The position numbers and the translations under genes were made by a program. DNA of 49,104 bases from Solirubrobacterales bacterium (GTDB lineage: Bacteria > Actinomycetota > Thermoleophilia > Solirubrobacterales > 70-9), in assembly GCA_035695265.1 (NCBI GenBank), contig DASSEM010000010.1, forward strand, positions 1 to 49,104, in the 5' to 3' direction. Positions 1-8,711 of this stretch are shown here, piece by piece (positions within the stretch are counted from its first letter, which is position 1; each line of letters begins with the position of its first letter). The notes beneath the pieces were generated by a model. The model did no database searches, was not told the origin of the DNA, and worked only from the letters and a program-made list of their open reading frames with translations.

Positions 1-488
1 GCCTGCGCACGATCCTGCTGACCGGCGACAACGCGCAGACGGCCCGCGCGGTGGGCGCGCGGATCGGCGTCGACGACGTCATCGCCGAGGTGCTGCCGGC
101 CGGCAAGGCCGACGTCGTCAAGCGACTGCAGGCCGAGGGCCGGACGGTCGCGATGGTCGGCGACGGCGTCAACGACGCGCCGGCGCTCGCCCGGGCCGAC
201 CTCGGCCTGGCGATCGGGACCGGCACCGACGTCGCGATCGAGGCATCCGACCTGACCCTCGTCTCCGGCGATCTCCATGCAGCCGCCGATGCGATCCGCC
301 TCTCGCGACGGACGCTCGGGACGATCAAGGGCAACCTGTTCTGGGCGTTCGCCTACAACGTCGCCGCGCTGCCGCTGGCGATGAGCGGCTACCTCAACCC
401 GGTCGTCGCGGCCGCCGCGATGGCGCTCTCGAGCATCTTCGTCGTCAGCAACTCGCTGCGGCTGCGCGGATTCCGGGCGGGGCGCTGA
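1..488 (+). CDS. Heavy-metal translocating P1B-type ATPase, C-terminal fragment (5' end outside the window)
   Basis: The frame is open from position 3. It has the hinge motif [13 protein letters not shown] (GDGxNDxP), followed by [14 protein letters not shown] and two terminal TM helices ([30 protein letters not shown]) typical of CopA/ZntA-type pumps. Confidence 0.85.
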   Translation, partial: LRTILLTGDNAQTARAVGARIGVDDVIAEVLPAGKADVVKRLQAEGRTVAMVGDGVNDAPALARADLGLAIGTGTDVAIEASDLTLVSGDLHAAADAIRLSRRTLGTIKGNLFWAFAYNVAALPLAMSGYLNPVVAAAAMALSSIFVVSNSLRLRGFRAGR

Positions 489-489
489 C

Positions 490-1038
490 GTGGCCGCCGC
501 CCGCCCGTCGCCGCGGATCGTCGCGGCGGTCGCGGCGCTCGATCCCGGCGCCGGCGAGCGGATCCTCGAGGTCGGCTGCGGGCACGGGGTCGCGCTGTCG
601 CTGCTCGCCGAGCGGCCCGGCGGCGGCCGGGTCACGGGCATCGACCGCTCGGCGAAGATGGCCGCCGCGGCCCGAGCTCGCAACGGGGAGCACCTCGACG
701 CCGGTCGCGTCCGGGTCGAACAGTCGCGGTTCGAGGACTTCGATCCCGCGGAGGAGCGGTTCGACCGCATCTTCGCCATCAACGTCGCGCCGTTCTGGCG
801 AGCCGATCAGGCCCCCTCCTTCCTGAACCGTGCCCGGAAGCTCCTCCGGCCGGGCGGCGAGCTGTTCGTGTTCAACCAGCCGCCGGCGTGGCCGCAGGGG
901 GCGGCGGACCGGTTCGCGTCCTCGCTCGGGGCGATGCTCGCCGGCGCCGGCTGGGAGGTCACGCGGACCGTGACGGAGGCGATGCCCCCCGCCGCGATGG
1001 TCGGCGTTGCCGCGCGACCGGCCTCGAGGCAGAGATGA
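490..1038 (+). CDS. Class I SAM-dependent methyltransferase
   Basis: GTG start 1 nt after the ATPase stop. It has SAM-binding motif I, ILEVGCGHGVALSLL, and a post-I acidic residue (GIDRS). Length is 182 aa. Confidence 0.7.
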   Translation: MAAARPSPRIVAAVAALDPGAGERILEVGCGHGVALSLLAERPGGGRVTGIDRSAKMAAAARARNGEHLDAGRVRVEQSRFEDFDPAEERFDRIFAINVAPFWRADQAPSFLNRARKLLRPGGELFVFNQPPAWPQGAADRFASSLGAMLAGAGWEVTRTVTEAMPPAAMVGVAARPASRQR

Positions 1039-1161
1039 ATCACCTGAAATCAGGTCCGGATTCGGTGTTTTCGCTAGTCTGAAGGGTGCAACCGCATTCC
1101 CACCCCCGATTCACCCCCCTATCACCTGATCCTGATCTGAACGATTGAAAGGAGTCCACCC

Positions 1162-1827
1162 ATGAGCCTCACGATTGGATCGACGGCCCCCGACTTCGAA
1201 GCGGAGACCACCGAGGGACCGATCAGCTTCCACGACTGGATCGGCGACTCCTGGGCCGTCCTGTTCTCGCACCCGCGCAACTTCACCCCGATCTGCACGA
1301 CCGAGCTCGGCTACATGGCAGCGATCAAGCCGGCGTTCGAGGAGCGCGGGGTCAAGATCCTCGGCATCTCCGTCGACCCGCTCGAGAACCACGAGAAGTG
1401 GGCGGTCGACATCGAGAAGTCGCAGGGCACCGCCCCGAACTACCCGATCATCGCCGACCCCGAGTTCAAGGTCGCGAAGGCCTTCGGGATGCTGCCGGCC
1501 GACGTCGAAGGCGATCCGACCGAGCGGACGCCGGCCCAGAACGCCACGGTCCGCAACGTGTTCGTGATCGGCCCCGACAAGAAGATCAAGTTGATCCTCG
1601 TCTACCCGATGACGACCGGCCGCAACTTCGACGAGGTACTGCGGGTGATCGACTCGCTCCAGCTCACCGCCAACAACAAGGTGTCGACGCCGGCTCAGTG
1701 GCAGCAGGGCGACGACGTGATCATCTCCGGCTCCGTCTCCGAGGACGAGGCGCGCGAGATCTGGCCCGACGGCTGGGAGTCGCCGATTCCCTACATCCGG
1801 ATCGTCCCGCAGCCGAGCAAGGGCTGA
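1162..1827 (+). CDS. 1-Cys peroxiredoxin (Prx6-type)
   Basis: N-terminus APDFEAETTEGPISFHDWIGDSWAVLFSHPRNFTPICTTELG carries the peroxidatic-Cys motif P(V/I)CTTE. An AAAGGAG Shine-Dalgarno sequence lies 7 nt upstream of the ATG. Confidence 0.9.
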   Translation: MSLTIGSTAPDFEAETTEGPISFHDWIGDSWAVLFSHPRNFTPICTTELGYMAAIKPAFEERGVKILGISVDPLENHEKWAVDIEKSQGTAPNYPIIADPEFKVAKAFGMLPADVEGDPTERTPAQNATVRNVFVIGPDKKIKLILVYPMTTGRNFDEVLRVIDSLQLTANNKVSTPAQWQQGDDVIISGSVSEDEAREIWPDGWESPIPYIRIVPQPSKG

Positions 1828-1844
1828 GCGGAGATCCGCGATCG

Positions 1845-1875
1845 GCGGGGCCGGCGAACGCCGGCCCCGCTTCGG
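1845..1875 (+). terminator. GC-rich hairpin downstream of the peroxiredoxin gene (possible intrinsic terminator)
   Basis: GCGGGGCCGGCG (1845-1856) and CGCCGGCCCCGC (1859-1870) are perfectly complementary. They are followed by TTCGG, which is only a weak T tail. Confidence 0.45.
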
Positions 1876-1931
1876 CGCGCGGGTTCGGCGCTCGGCGCGT
1901 AGGCGCCCGCCGGCCGTAGGCTGGCCTCGCC

Positions 1932-4175
1932 ATGCGATCACCGCGTCCACGCCACCTGATCGCTGCGCTCGCGACCCTGCTCGTCCTGCCCGCACCCGCG
2001 CAAGGCGACGTGGAAACACGGATCGGGCCCGGCCGGGCCTCGGTGGCGGTGCCGAGAGCCTCGGCGCACGTCCGCTTCGACCCGTTGCGGATCAGCTTCG
2101 CCAACGCGAGCGGCGAGACCGTGCTGCGCCAGCTCGGCGGCCGCGCCGGCGCTTCGCGGGCCGTCCCGCCGACACCGCGATCGCAGTTCGGCACGCTCGA
2201 CCCGCCGCCGCCGACGCTCTACGCACCGCTCACGTTCCTCGTCGGGTGGGTGGCGATCGAGCAGTTCCCGACCTTCCAGTGGAACGGCAACCTCGACACC
2301 GTGACCGAGGGCGGGACCGAGTACGGCGCTGTGGCGGTCGAGCGGGCGCGACGGACGCGCGCGGGGCTGCGGCTCGTGGTCTCGACCAGCGACCCGAGCG
2401 GCCGCCGGCTGATCGTGGACCTCGAGGCGGGGCCGGGGCCGGGGACGATCGCGCTCGCTGCCCGCCCCGACGACCCCGGCGGGGTCGCAGCGATGGGCGA
2501 CTCGTTCGCGTCCCCCTCCGATCAGGCCTTCCGCGGGTTCGGCGGCCGTCACAACTCGCTCGACCAGGCCGGGAGCGAGTTCTACAACTGGACCCAGCAG
2601 GAGAACCTGAGCTCGCCCGGGCTTGGCGGTCCGACCCCTCCGGGCGTGCCGAATCCCGATCGCCACCTGTTTCCGAACGGCGAGCACGCCGCCTACTACG
2701 TGCAGTCCTCTTTCATCTCGCCCGGCGGCTACGGCTTCCTGCTCGATCGCGACGAGCTCTCCGACTGGCGGCTCGCCTCCGACCGGCCCGATGCCTGGCA
2801 GGTGCAGGCCGCGGCGCCGAGGATCGACTACGTGGTCGCCCCCGGCTCGTCCCGCTCGACGATCCGGCGCCTGACGGCGATCAGCGGCCGCCACATGGTC
2901 CCGCCCCGCTGGGCGGTCGGCCCCGCGCTCGACCGGCTCGTCCAGTTCCCCGAGCAGCCCGCCGACGAGTACGCAGACGACGTGCGCGCCGACCTCCGGG
3001 CGATGCGCGCCAACGACGTCGCCCTCGATGCCTACCGGATCGAGGGCTGGCAGTTCCTGCCGCGGCCGTTCCTGAAGCGGGTCATCGCGAAGCTCCGGGG
3101 TCGCGGGATCAGGCCGCTCCTCTACTTCCGCTCGTTCGTCGGCGAGGACGAGATCGGGACCGACGACCCGAGCGCCTTCCAGGAGGCGATCGATCGCGGC
3201 TTCGTGGCGACCCATGACAACGGCGAGCCGTACGTCTTCGAATCCAACTTCAGCGCGCCGGGCGCCCAGATCGACTTCACCGACCCGGCGGCGCTGCGCT
3301 GGTGGAAGGGGCGCGTCCGCGATGCTCTCCGGCTCGGCGCCGAGGGCTTCATGCAGGACTTCGGCGAGCAGGTGCAGGTCGGGATGCACTTCGACGACGG
3401 CTCCACCGGAGCGACCATGCACAACCGGCTGCCGATCCTCTTCCATCGGGCGACCCGGCAGGCGGTGCGCTCGTTCGAGCGCCGCCACCCCGGCCGCCGG
3501 ATCTACTACTTCACGCGCAATGGCTACTCCGGGACTCCGGGCGCCGCCCGCTTCGAGTTCGCCAACTTCCCCGGCGACGAGACGACCGACTGGAGCCGCT
3601 CGGCCGGGATCGCCTCGTTGACCACCGACATGCTGAACCGTGGAATCGGCGGCGCCTACGGCTTCACGACCGACATCGGCGGCTTCTACGACGTCCCCTA
3701 CGGAGCGACGAGCCGGGAGCTCTTCATCCGCTGGACGGAGTGGGCGGCGCTGTCACCGATGTTCCGGATCCACGGCTCGGTGGCCGCCGGGACCCACACG
3801 CCGTGGTCCTACGGCGAGCCCACGCTCCGGACCTACAAGCGCCTGGCCCGCCTCCACGAGCGGGCGGAGCCGCTGATCATGCGCCTCTGGCGCCATGCCC
3901 ACGCCACCGGCATCCCGATCGCACGGCCGCTCTGGCTGCAGTTTCCCGGCGACCGGAGGGCGGCGGCCGAGGAGCAGCAGTGGATGCTCGGGCCCGACGT
4001 GCTGGTGGCGCCGGTCGTCACCGAGGGCAGCCGCTCGCGCCGCGTCTACTTCCCGCGCGGCTGCTGGCAGTCCGCCCACGGCCGGCGCTACCGGGGTCCG
4101 CGCACGGCCACGGTGAAGGCGCCGCTCGGCCGGCTGCCCTGGTTCGCGCGCTGCGGCACCGACCCGTTGGGCTGA
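1932..4175 (+). CDS. Secreted glycoside hydrolase family 31 (alpha-glucosidase/alpha-xylosidase-like)
   Basis: Signal peptide MRSPRPRHLIAALATLLVLPAPAQG. It has a YicI-like nucleophile region, GAEGFMQDFGEQV (compare KTDFGE), and an acid/base region, FPGDETTDWS...GFTTDIGGF. Confidence 0.8.
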   Translation: MRSPRPRHLIAALATLLVLPAPAQGDVETRIGPGRASVAVPRASAHVRFDPLRISFANASGETVLRQLGGRAGASRAVPPTPRSQFGTLDPPPPTLYAPLTFLVGWVAIEQFPTFQWNGNLDTVTEGGTEYGAVAVERARRTRAGLRLVVSTSDPSGRRLIVDLEAGPGPGTIALAARPDDPGGVAAMGDSFASPSDQAFRGFGGRHNSLDQAGSEFYNWTQQENLSSPGLGGPTPPGVPNPDRHLFPNGEHAAYYVQSSFISPGGYGFLLDRDELSDWRLASDRPDAWQVQAAAPRIDYVVAPGSSRSTIRRLTAISGRHMVPPRWAVGPALDRLVQFPEQPADEYADDVRADLRAMRANDVALDAYRIEGWQFLPRPFLKRVIAKLRGRGIRPLLYFRSFVGEDEIGTDDPSAFQEAIDRGFVATHDNGEPYVFESNFSAPGAQIDFTDPAALRWWKGRVRDALRLGAEGFMQDFGEQVQVGMHFDDGSTGATMHNRLPILFHRATRQAVRSFERRHPGRRIYYFTRNGYSGTPGAARFEFANFPGDETTDWSRSAGIASLTTDMLNRGIGGAYGFTTDIGGFYDVPYGATSRELFIRWTEWAALSPMFRIHGSVAAGTHTPWSYGEPTLRTYKRLARLHERAEPLIMRLWRHAHATGIPIARPLWLQFPGDRRAAAEEQQWMLGPDVLVAPVVTEGSRSRRVYFPRGCWQSAHGRRYRGPRTATVKAPLGRLPWFARCGTDPLG

Positions 4176-4215
4176 GCCGCGCTTGGCCGGGCACGCGATC
4201 GGGTAGAACCCGGCC

Positions 4216-4866
4216 ATGCGCGTGGTGATCGCCGGCGGACACGGAAAGACCGCGATGGAGCTGACCCGGCTGCTCGCTGAGCGCGGCGTCGAGGTCCGGT
4301 CGCTGATCCGCAACCCCGATCACGTCGCCGAGGTCGAGGCCGCAGGCGCCGCCGAGGCGGTGGTCTGCGACCTCGAGGCGGCCGGCGACGACGAGGTCGC
4401 ACGCGCCGCCGGCGAGGCCGACGCGATCGTCTTCGCCGCCGGCGCCGGGCCGGGGAGCGGGCCGGCGCGCAAGGAGACGATGGACTTCGGCGGGGTCGTC
4501 AAGCTGCTCGCCGCCGCCCGCCGCAACCGGATCCCGCGGTTCGTCGTGATCAGCTCGATGGGTGCCGACCCCGACCGCGAGGGCGAGGAGACGTTCGACG
4601 TCTACCTGCGCGCGAAGGGCAAGGCCGATGCCGCCGTGCGCGAGAGCGGGCTCGACCACCTGATCGTGAAGCCGGGAATGCTCACCGACGACCCTCCCGC
4701 CGGCACCGTGACCGCGGCGGAGTCGGTCGAGCGCGGCGAGATCGCGCGGGCCGACGTCGCCGCGGTGATCGCGACCCTGCTCGTCGACTGGCCCGGCGAC
4801 CGCACGATCGAGATCGTCGGGGGCGACACGCCGATCGAAGAGCTCGCCGCGCAGCTCGCAGGCTGA
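4216..4866 (+). CDS. NAD(P)H-binding atypical SDR family oxidoreductase
   Basis: N-terminal Rossmann motif MRVVIAGGHGKTAMELTRLL. The roughly 215-aa length and layout match the NAD(P)-binding NmrA/YesF-like family. Confidence 0.7.
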   Translation: MRVVIAGGHGKTAMELTRLLAERGVEVRSLIRNPDHVAEVEAAGAAEAVVCDLEAAGDDEVARAAGEADAIVFAAGAGPGSGPARKETMDFGGVVKLLAAARRNRIPRFVVISSMGADPDREGEETFDVYLRAKGKADAAVRESGLDHLIVKPGMLTDDPPAGTVTAAESVERGEIARADVAAVIATLLVDWPGDRTIEIVGGDTPIEELAAQLAG

Positions 4867-4892
4867 GCGGCAGCAGGGCCGGCGATCCCCGG

Positions 4893-5174
4893 CTAGAGGT
4901 CTTCCGCGCAGAAGGTCGTCCCGTCCACCTCGACCTCGGTCTGGGGCTTGTCGCCGATCTCGACGCAGGCGATCGCATCCGGCTCGCTCTGGTCGCTGAC
5001 CAGCCGCTTCGTCGCCTCCGACGAGCCGCAGTCGACGACGACGTTGTCAGCGTCGATGCAAGCACCGACGCTCGCCGCGGCGGAGTCGTCGTCGCCGCAG
5101 CCGCCAACTCCGAACGCGAGGCCGATCGAGACCCCGGCGACGGCCAGGCGGCCACGGAGCCGTCGTGCATCCAT
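4893..5174 (-). CDS. Small Cys-rich putative lipoprotein
   Basis: Lipobox LAFGVGGC follows a basic and hydrophobic signal, and the mature part has four further Cys. GGAGGA (5184-5189, minus strand) directly abuts the first ATG (5183), so the second ATG (5174), 9 nt downstream, is preferred. Confidence 0.55.
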   Translation of the reverse strand: MDARRLRGRLAVAGVSIGLAFGVGGCGDDDSAAASVGACIDADNVVVDCGSSEATKRLVSDQSEPDAIACVEIGDKPQTEVEVDGTTFCAEDL

Positions 5175-5264
5175 GACCCTCATTCCTCCGTCATAGGCTG
5201 TCGCTCTCCGGCAAAGGATAACGTCCAGAACGACACCGGCCCTGGGCGCGGTCGGATCGGCCCC

Positions 5265-6236
5265 TCAGGCCGTCGTCCCCACCGGCTCGTCCTCGCGCCG
5301 GCGCGACGCGGACTCGATCTCCGGCCGCAGCCGCGGCTCGAGGCGGCCGGCGGCGGCGACGGTCCAGAGCACGGTCAGCCAGGTCGCGACGGCGACCGCG
5401 ATGTGGAACCAGACGAGCAGCGCCGGCAGCTCGAGCGCCCACTGGATGCCGCCGATCGCGGCCTGGAGCGCGATCAGCCCGATCAGCGCCGTCAGCGGGC
5501 GCAGCGCCCTCCGGTCGCCGCCGGAGCGAGCGAGGACGAACCAGACGGCGATCGCCGCGATGCCGAAGACCGCGGCGAGGATCGAGTGCCGCTCGACGAC
5601 CCACTGCAGGGTGTCGGTCCCCTTGAAGTCGAAGCGCTGCACGAGGTCGCCGTCGTGGTCGCCCGGGTGGGGGCCGGAGGCGGTGCTGATCGTCCCGGCG
5701 AGGATCGTGAGCTGCCCAAGCGGAACGAGCGCGCGAACCGACCAGACCCCGAGCCGATCGCTCGAGCGGCGGCGCTCGTCGGGCTCGTAGCGCGAGCACC
5801 ACATCAGCGCGAAGGCGGCGTCGAGGAGCAGCATCGAGAGGATGAAGTGGCCCATCACGAGGCCGGGCGCGAGGTGATACTTGACGACGAGGGCCCCCAG
5901 GCCCGCCTGAGCGATCACCCCGAGCGGCAGGAACGCCCCGAACAGGACCAGGTGCCAGCGATAGGGCCGGCGGAAGTACGCGAGCGCGCAGGCGGCGATC
6001 ACCATGATCCCGACGAAGCCGGTGAAGATCCGGTTGCCGTACTCGATCACCGCGTTGAGGTCGGCGGGCGGGACGGTGCCGCCGTAGCACTTCGGCCAGT
6101 CCGGGCAGCCGAGCCCCGAGGCCGTGAGCCGGACCGCGGCCCCGGTGAGGACGATCATCGCCAGCGAGCCGAGCGCGACCGCGGCGACCACGAAGTAGGC
6201 GCGCCGCGAGATCGTGAGGTTGCGGAGGCGACCCAT
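5265..6236 (-). CDS. ctaA: Heme A synthase (COX15/CtaA family)
   Basis: Signature GLGCPDWPKCYG and about 8 TM segments with conserved His residues. The track ORF (to 6491) is overextended. The ATG at 6236 (MGRLRNLTISRRAYFVVAAV...) gives a normal N-terminus. Confidence 0.85.
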   Translation of the reverse strand: MGRLRNLTISRRAYFVVAAVALGSLAMIVLTGAAVRLTASGLGCPDWPKCYGGTVPPADLNAVIEYGNRIFTGFVGIMVIAACALAYFRRPYRWHLVLFGAFLPLGVIAQAGLGALVVKYHLAPGLVMGHFILSMLLLDAAFALMWCSRYEPDERRRSSDRLGVWSVRALVPLGQLTILAGTISTASGPHPGDHDGDLVQRFDFKGTDTLQWVVERHSILAAVFGIAAIAVWFVLARSGGDRRALRPLTALIGLIALQAAIGGIQWALELPALLVWFHIAVAVATWLTVLWTVAAAGRLEPRLRPEIESASRRREDEPVGTTA

Positions 6237-6334
6237 GACGGCCCGCCACGGTAGCGACCGGCGGCCCCCAGCTGCCTCCGTGATCACCCCCGAGATGGTC
6301 CGCGGCGGCCTGCAGCCGGGAACGTGAGCGGCGA

Positions 6335-6535
6335 GAGCAAACTGCAAGGAATCGATGAGCAAGACTTCATCCGGGGAGGGGATCGTGTAGCCTGCGCGAA
6401 CCTTGCAAATGGTAAAGCCGAGTCCCGCCCCCGAGGGCGGGAGCGGGGGAACCAAGAGTTGGGGCGAATCCGCCGAGAGGCGGAAGCGCAAGCTCCTTTA
6501 GCGCTAGCCCGTCAGCTAACCCCGTAGGCCGAAGA
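6335..6535 (+). promoter_or_regulatory. Cyclic-di-AMP riboswitch (ydaO/yuaA class), 5' leader of the NlpC/P60 gene
   Basis: The conserved blocks occur in the correct order: GAATCGATGAGC (6349-6360), CCGGGGAGGGGA (6371-6382), GCGGGGGAACCAA (6443-6455), TTGGGGCGAATCC (6459-6471) and CCCGTCAGCTAACCCCGTAGGCCGAAG (6508-6534). Supporting hairpins are CCCGCCC/GGGCGGG (6424-6441) and CCGCC/GGCGG (about 6470-6483). The boundaries are approximate. Confidence 0.8.
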
Positions 6536-6546
6536 AGGAGTCCTAC

Positions 6547-7083
6547 GTGCGCTCACACCTAACTCTTCCGCGGATGGCCGTGCTGGCCGTGCTCGCGGCC
6601 CTGGCGCTGCTGCCGACCGCCACGGCAACCGCCGGGGGCGGCCTCTCGACGACGACCAGCGAGACGGTCGCGGGATCGAAGGCGAAGCTCGTCGGTGGCC
6701 GGGCGATCGCCCCGGCGGACGCGCCGCGGCGGGTCCAGCGGGTGATCGCGGCGGCCAACAAGATCCGCAACAAGCCCTACAAGTGGGGCGGCGGCCACGG
6801 CGACTGGAAGGACCGGGGCTACGACTGCTCCGGCGCCGTCAGCTACGCCCTCCACGGCGGCGGCCTGCTGAAGACGCCGCTCGACTCGACCGGCCTCTCG
6901 CACTACGGCTCGAAGGGCAAGGGCGACTGGATCAGCGTCTACGGCAACCCATCCCACGCCTATATGATCGTCGCCGGGCTCCGCTTCGACACCTCGAACA
7001 CCCGCGGCAACGGTCCCGGCTGGAGCCGCAGCAAGCGCTCGACCTCCGGCAAGTTCAAGGTCCGCCACCCGAAGGGCCTCTAG
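6547..7083 (+). CDS. Secreted NlpC/P60 (C40) family peptidoglycan hydrolase
   Basis: GTG start 6 nt after AAGGAG. It has a signal peptide (LAVLAALALLPTATATA) and the catalytic-Cys region KPYKWGGGHGDWKDRGYDCSGAVSYAL. Confidence 0.85.
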   Translation: MRSHLTLPRMAVLAVLAALALLPTATATAGGGLSTTTSETVAGSKAKLVGGRAIAPADAPRRVQRVIAAANKIRNKPYKWGGGHGDWKDRGYDCSGAVSYALHGGGLLKTPLDSTGLSHYGSKGKGDWISVYGNPSHAYMIVAGLRFDTSNTRGNGPGWSRSKRSTSGKFKVRHPKGL

Positions 7084-7212
7084 CCGCCCGACGTCTGCCG
7101 CCTTCCGGCGGCTCACCCTCCCCCACCCCGAGCGCCGTCCTGGATCCGATCCGGGGCGGCGCTTCCCGTTTCCGGCCGCCGCGGGTGCGGCTCCGTCAAA
7201 CTTGCCTCCGCG

Positions 7213-8070
7213 ATGAGCGAGATCTGCGTCCGCATCACCGAGTTCACCGACCCGACCTGCCCCTGGGCCTACAGCGCCGAGCCCTGCCGGCACCGGATCG
7301 ACTGGCTCTACGAGGGACGGATCGAATGGGAGCCGCGAATGGTCGTCCTCGCCCGCACCCGCGAGGAGCAGGCCGCGAAGTTCACCCCCGAGGAGCTCGC
7401 GTCGGCGGTCGGTCAGGTCGCCGCCGAGCACCTGATGCCGATCGACACCCGCCCGAAGCCGTACGTGCCGCCCAGCATCGACGCCTGCCGCCTCGTGGTC
7501 GCATGCCGCCTCCACGCCGACCACCGGACGCTCCGCCGCGCCTTGCGCAGCCTCCGGATCCGCAACTTCCGCGGCGAGCTCGTCGACGAGGAGGCGACGA
7601 TCCGCGCTGCCGCCGCCGACGCCGGGATCGGTGACGAGCTCGAGGCCTGGCTGGCCGACGAGGAGGTCGAGCGGGCGCTCGAGGAGGAGGCCGCGCTCGC
7701 GCGGCGGCCGATGCCGGCGGCCCGCGTCCTCGACCACAAGCTCGCCAACTGGTCGGGCGGACGGCGCTACAGCTGCCCGAGCTACGAGATCACGCGGCTC
7801 ACCGACGGGGTGACGATCTCGATCCCGGGGTTCCAGCCGTTCGCCGTCTACGACGCGGTGCTCGCCAACCTCGTCCCCGGCCTCGACCGCCGGCCACCCC
7901 CCGAGTCGGCGGAGGAGGTGCTCGCGTGGCGCGGGTTCCCGCTCGCGACCCAGGAGGTGGCGACCGTCTGCGCCACCTCATTCGACCGGGCACGCGAGGA
8001 GCTCGGGCGGATCGCAACCCAGGACTACGTCGGCGCCGACGGGTTCTGGAGCCTCGACGGCTCACGATGA
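7213..8070 (+). CDS. DsbA-like thioredoxin-fold protein (monothiol CPWA variant)
   Basis: N-terminal ITEFTDPTCPWAYSAEP resembles the DSBA-like FxDPxCPWC motif, but the second Cys is replaced by Ala. Confidence 0.6.
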   Translation: MSEICVRITEFTDPTCPWAYSAEPCRHRIDWLYEGRIEWEPRMVVLARTREEQAAKFTPEELASAVGQVAAEHLMPIDTRPKPYVPPSIDACRLVVACRLHADHRTLRRALRSLRIRNFRGELVDEEATIRAAAADAGIGDELEAWLADEEVERALEEEAALARRPMPAARVLDHKLANWSGGRRYSCPSYEITRLTDGVTISIPGFQPFAVYDAVLANLVPGLDRRPPPESAEEVLAWRGFPLATQEVATVCATSFDRAREELGRIATQDYVGADGFWSLDGSR

Positions 8071-8711
8071 CCGAAGCTCCCCAGGTCTCGATCCTCGAAC
8101 CCGAGCCCGAGGAGGTGCCGGCGCGCGGCGCCGTCGGCTCGGTCCAGGAGGGCGAGGTCGTCCTCGATCGCGCCGTCCTCGATCGGATCTGGGTCCCCGA
8201 CAACCTCGAGCTGCTCGCCCGCGCCTACTGGGTGCTCCTGCACCGCCTGTCGCTCGGGACCATTCGCGTCCACTACTCGGCCAACGCTCGCACCCTGATG
8301 GCATTCGGGCGGATCCCCCTGCTCCGCTTCGGGACCCCCCGCTACGAGACCGGCGAGGGCCGCGGTCGGGTCGTCTGGCCGATCGAGCGCGGCCTCCTCG
8401 TCGCCCGCGAGGGTCGCGGCAAGGGCTCGCTGCAGGTGTCGATCGAGCGCCTCGACCGCGACGGCGTCGACGACGAGGTCGATGCGATGAGCGACCAGGT
8501 CACCCTCCTCGCCCGGGTCGAGGTCGAGAGCTTCTATCCCGGCCTGCGTGGCAGCGGCCGCTTCTCGCGCTTCGGCGCGTGGCTCTACTCGCAGACGCAG
8601 CTCCGGATCCACATCCTCATCTGCAACGCCTACCTGCGATCGCTGCCGCGTCTCGACTTCCTGGCGATCGAACGCTCCACCCCGCCGGGCTCCCGCGCGG
8701 AGGCTCCTTGA
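8067..8711 (+). CDS. Hypothetical protein
   Basis: ATG at 8067 overlaps the upstream stop (ATGA). Codon bias is consistent with coding. I recognise no motif. Confidence 0.5.
   Translation: MTEAPQVSILEPEPEEVPARGAVGSVQEGEVVLDRAVLDRIWVPDNLELLARAYWVLLHRLSLGTIRVHYSANARTLMAFGRIPLLRFGTPRYETGEGRGRVVWPIERGLLVAREGRGKGSLQVSIERLDRDGVDDEVDAMSDQVTLLARVEVESFYPGLRGSGRFSRFGAWLYSQTQLRIHILICNAYLRSLPRLDFLAIERSTPPGSRAEAP

Noticed and set aside
1091-1120. Two C-rich tracts reminiscent of the loops of the actinobacterial 6C sRNA
   Set aside because: I could not find the flanking complementary stems that would place the C runs in hairpin loops. The tracts more likely belong to the peroxiredoxin 5' leader.
6237-6527. 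An N-terminal 85-codon extension of ctaA (to 6491) and a 67-aa + strand ORF (6324-6527)
   Set aside because: The region carries the conserved blocks of a c-di-AMP riboswitch. The ctaA extension precedes a good internal ATG and adds no TM or conserved sequence, and the 67-aa ORF has no coding signature.
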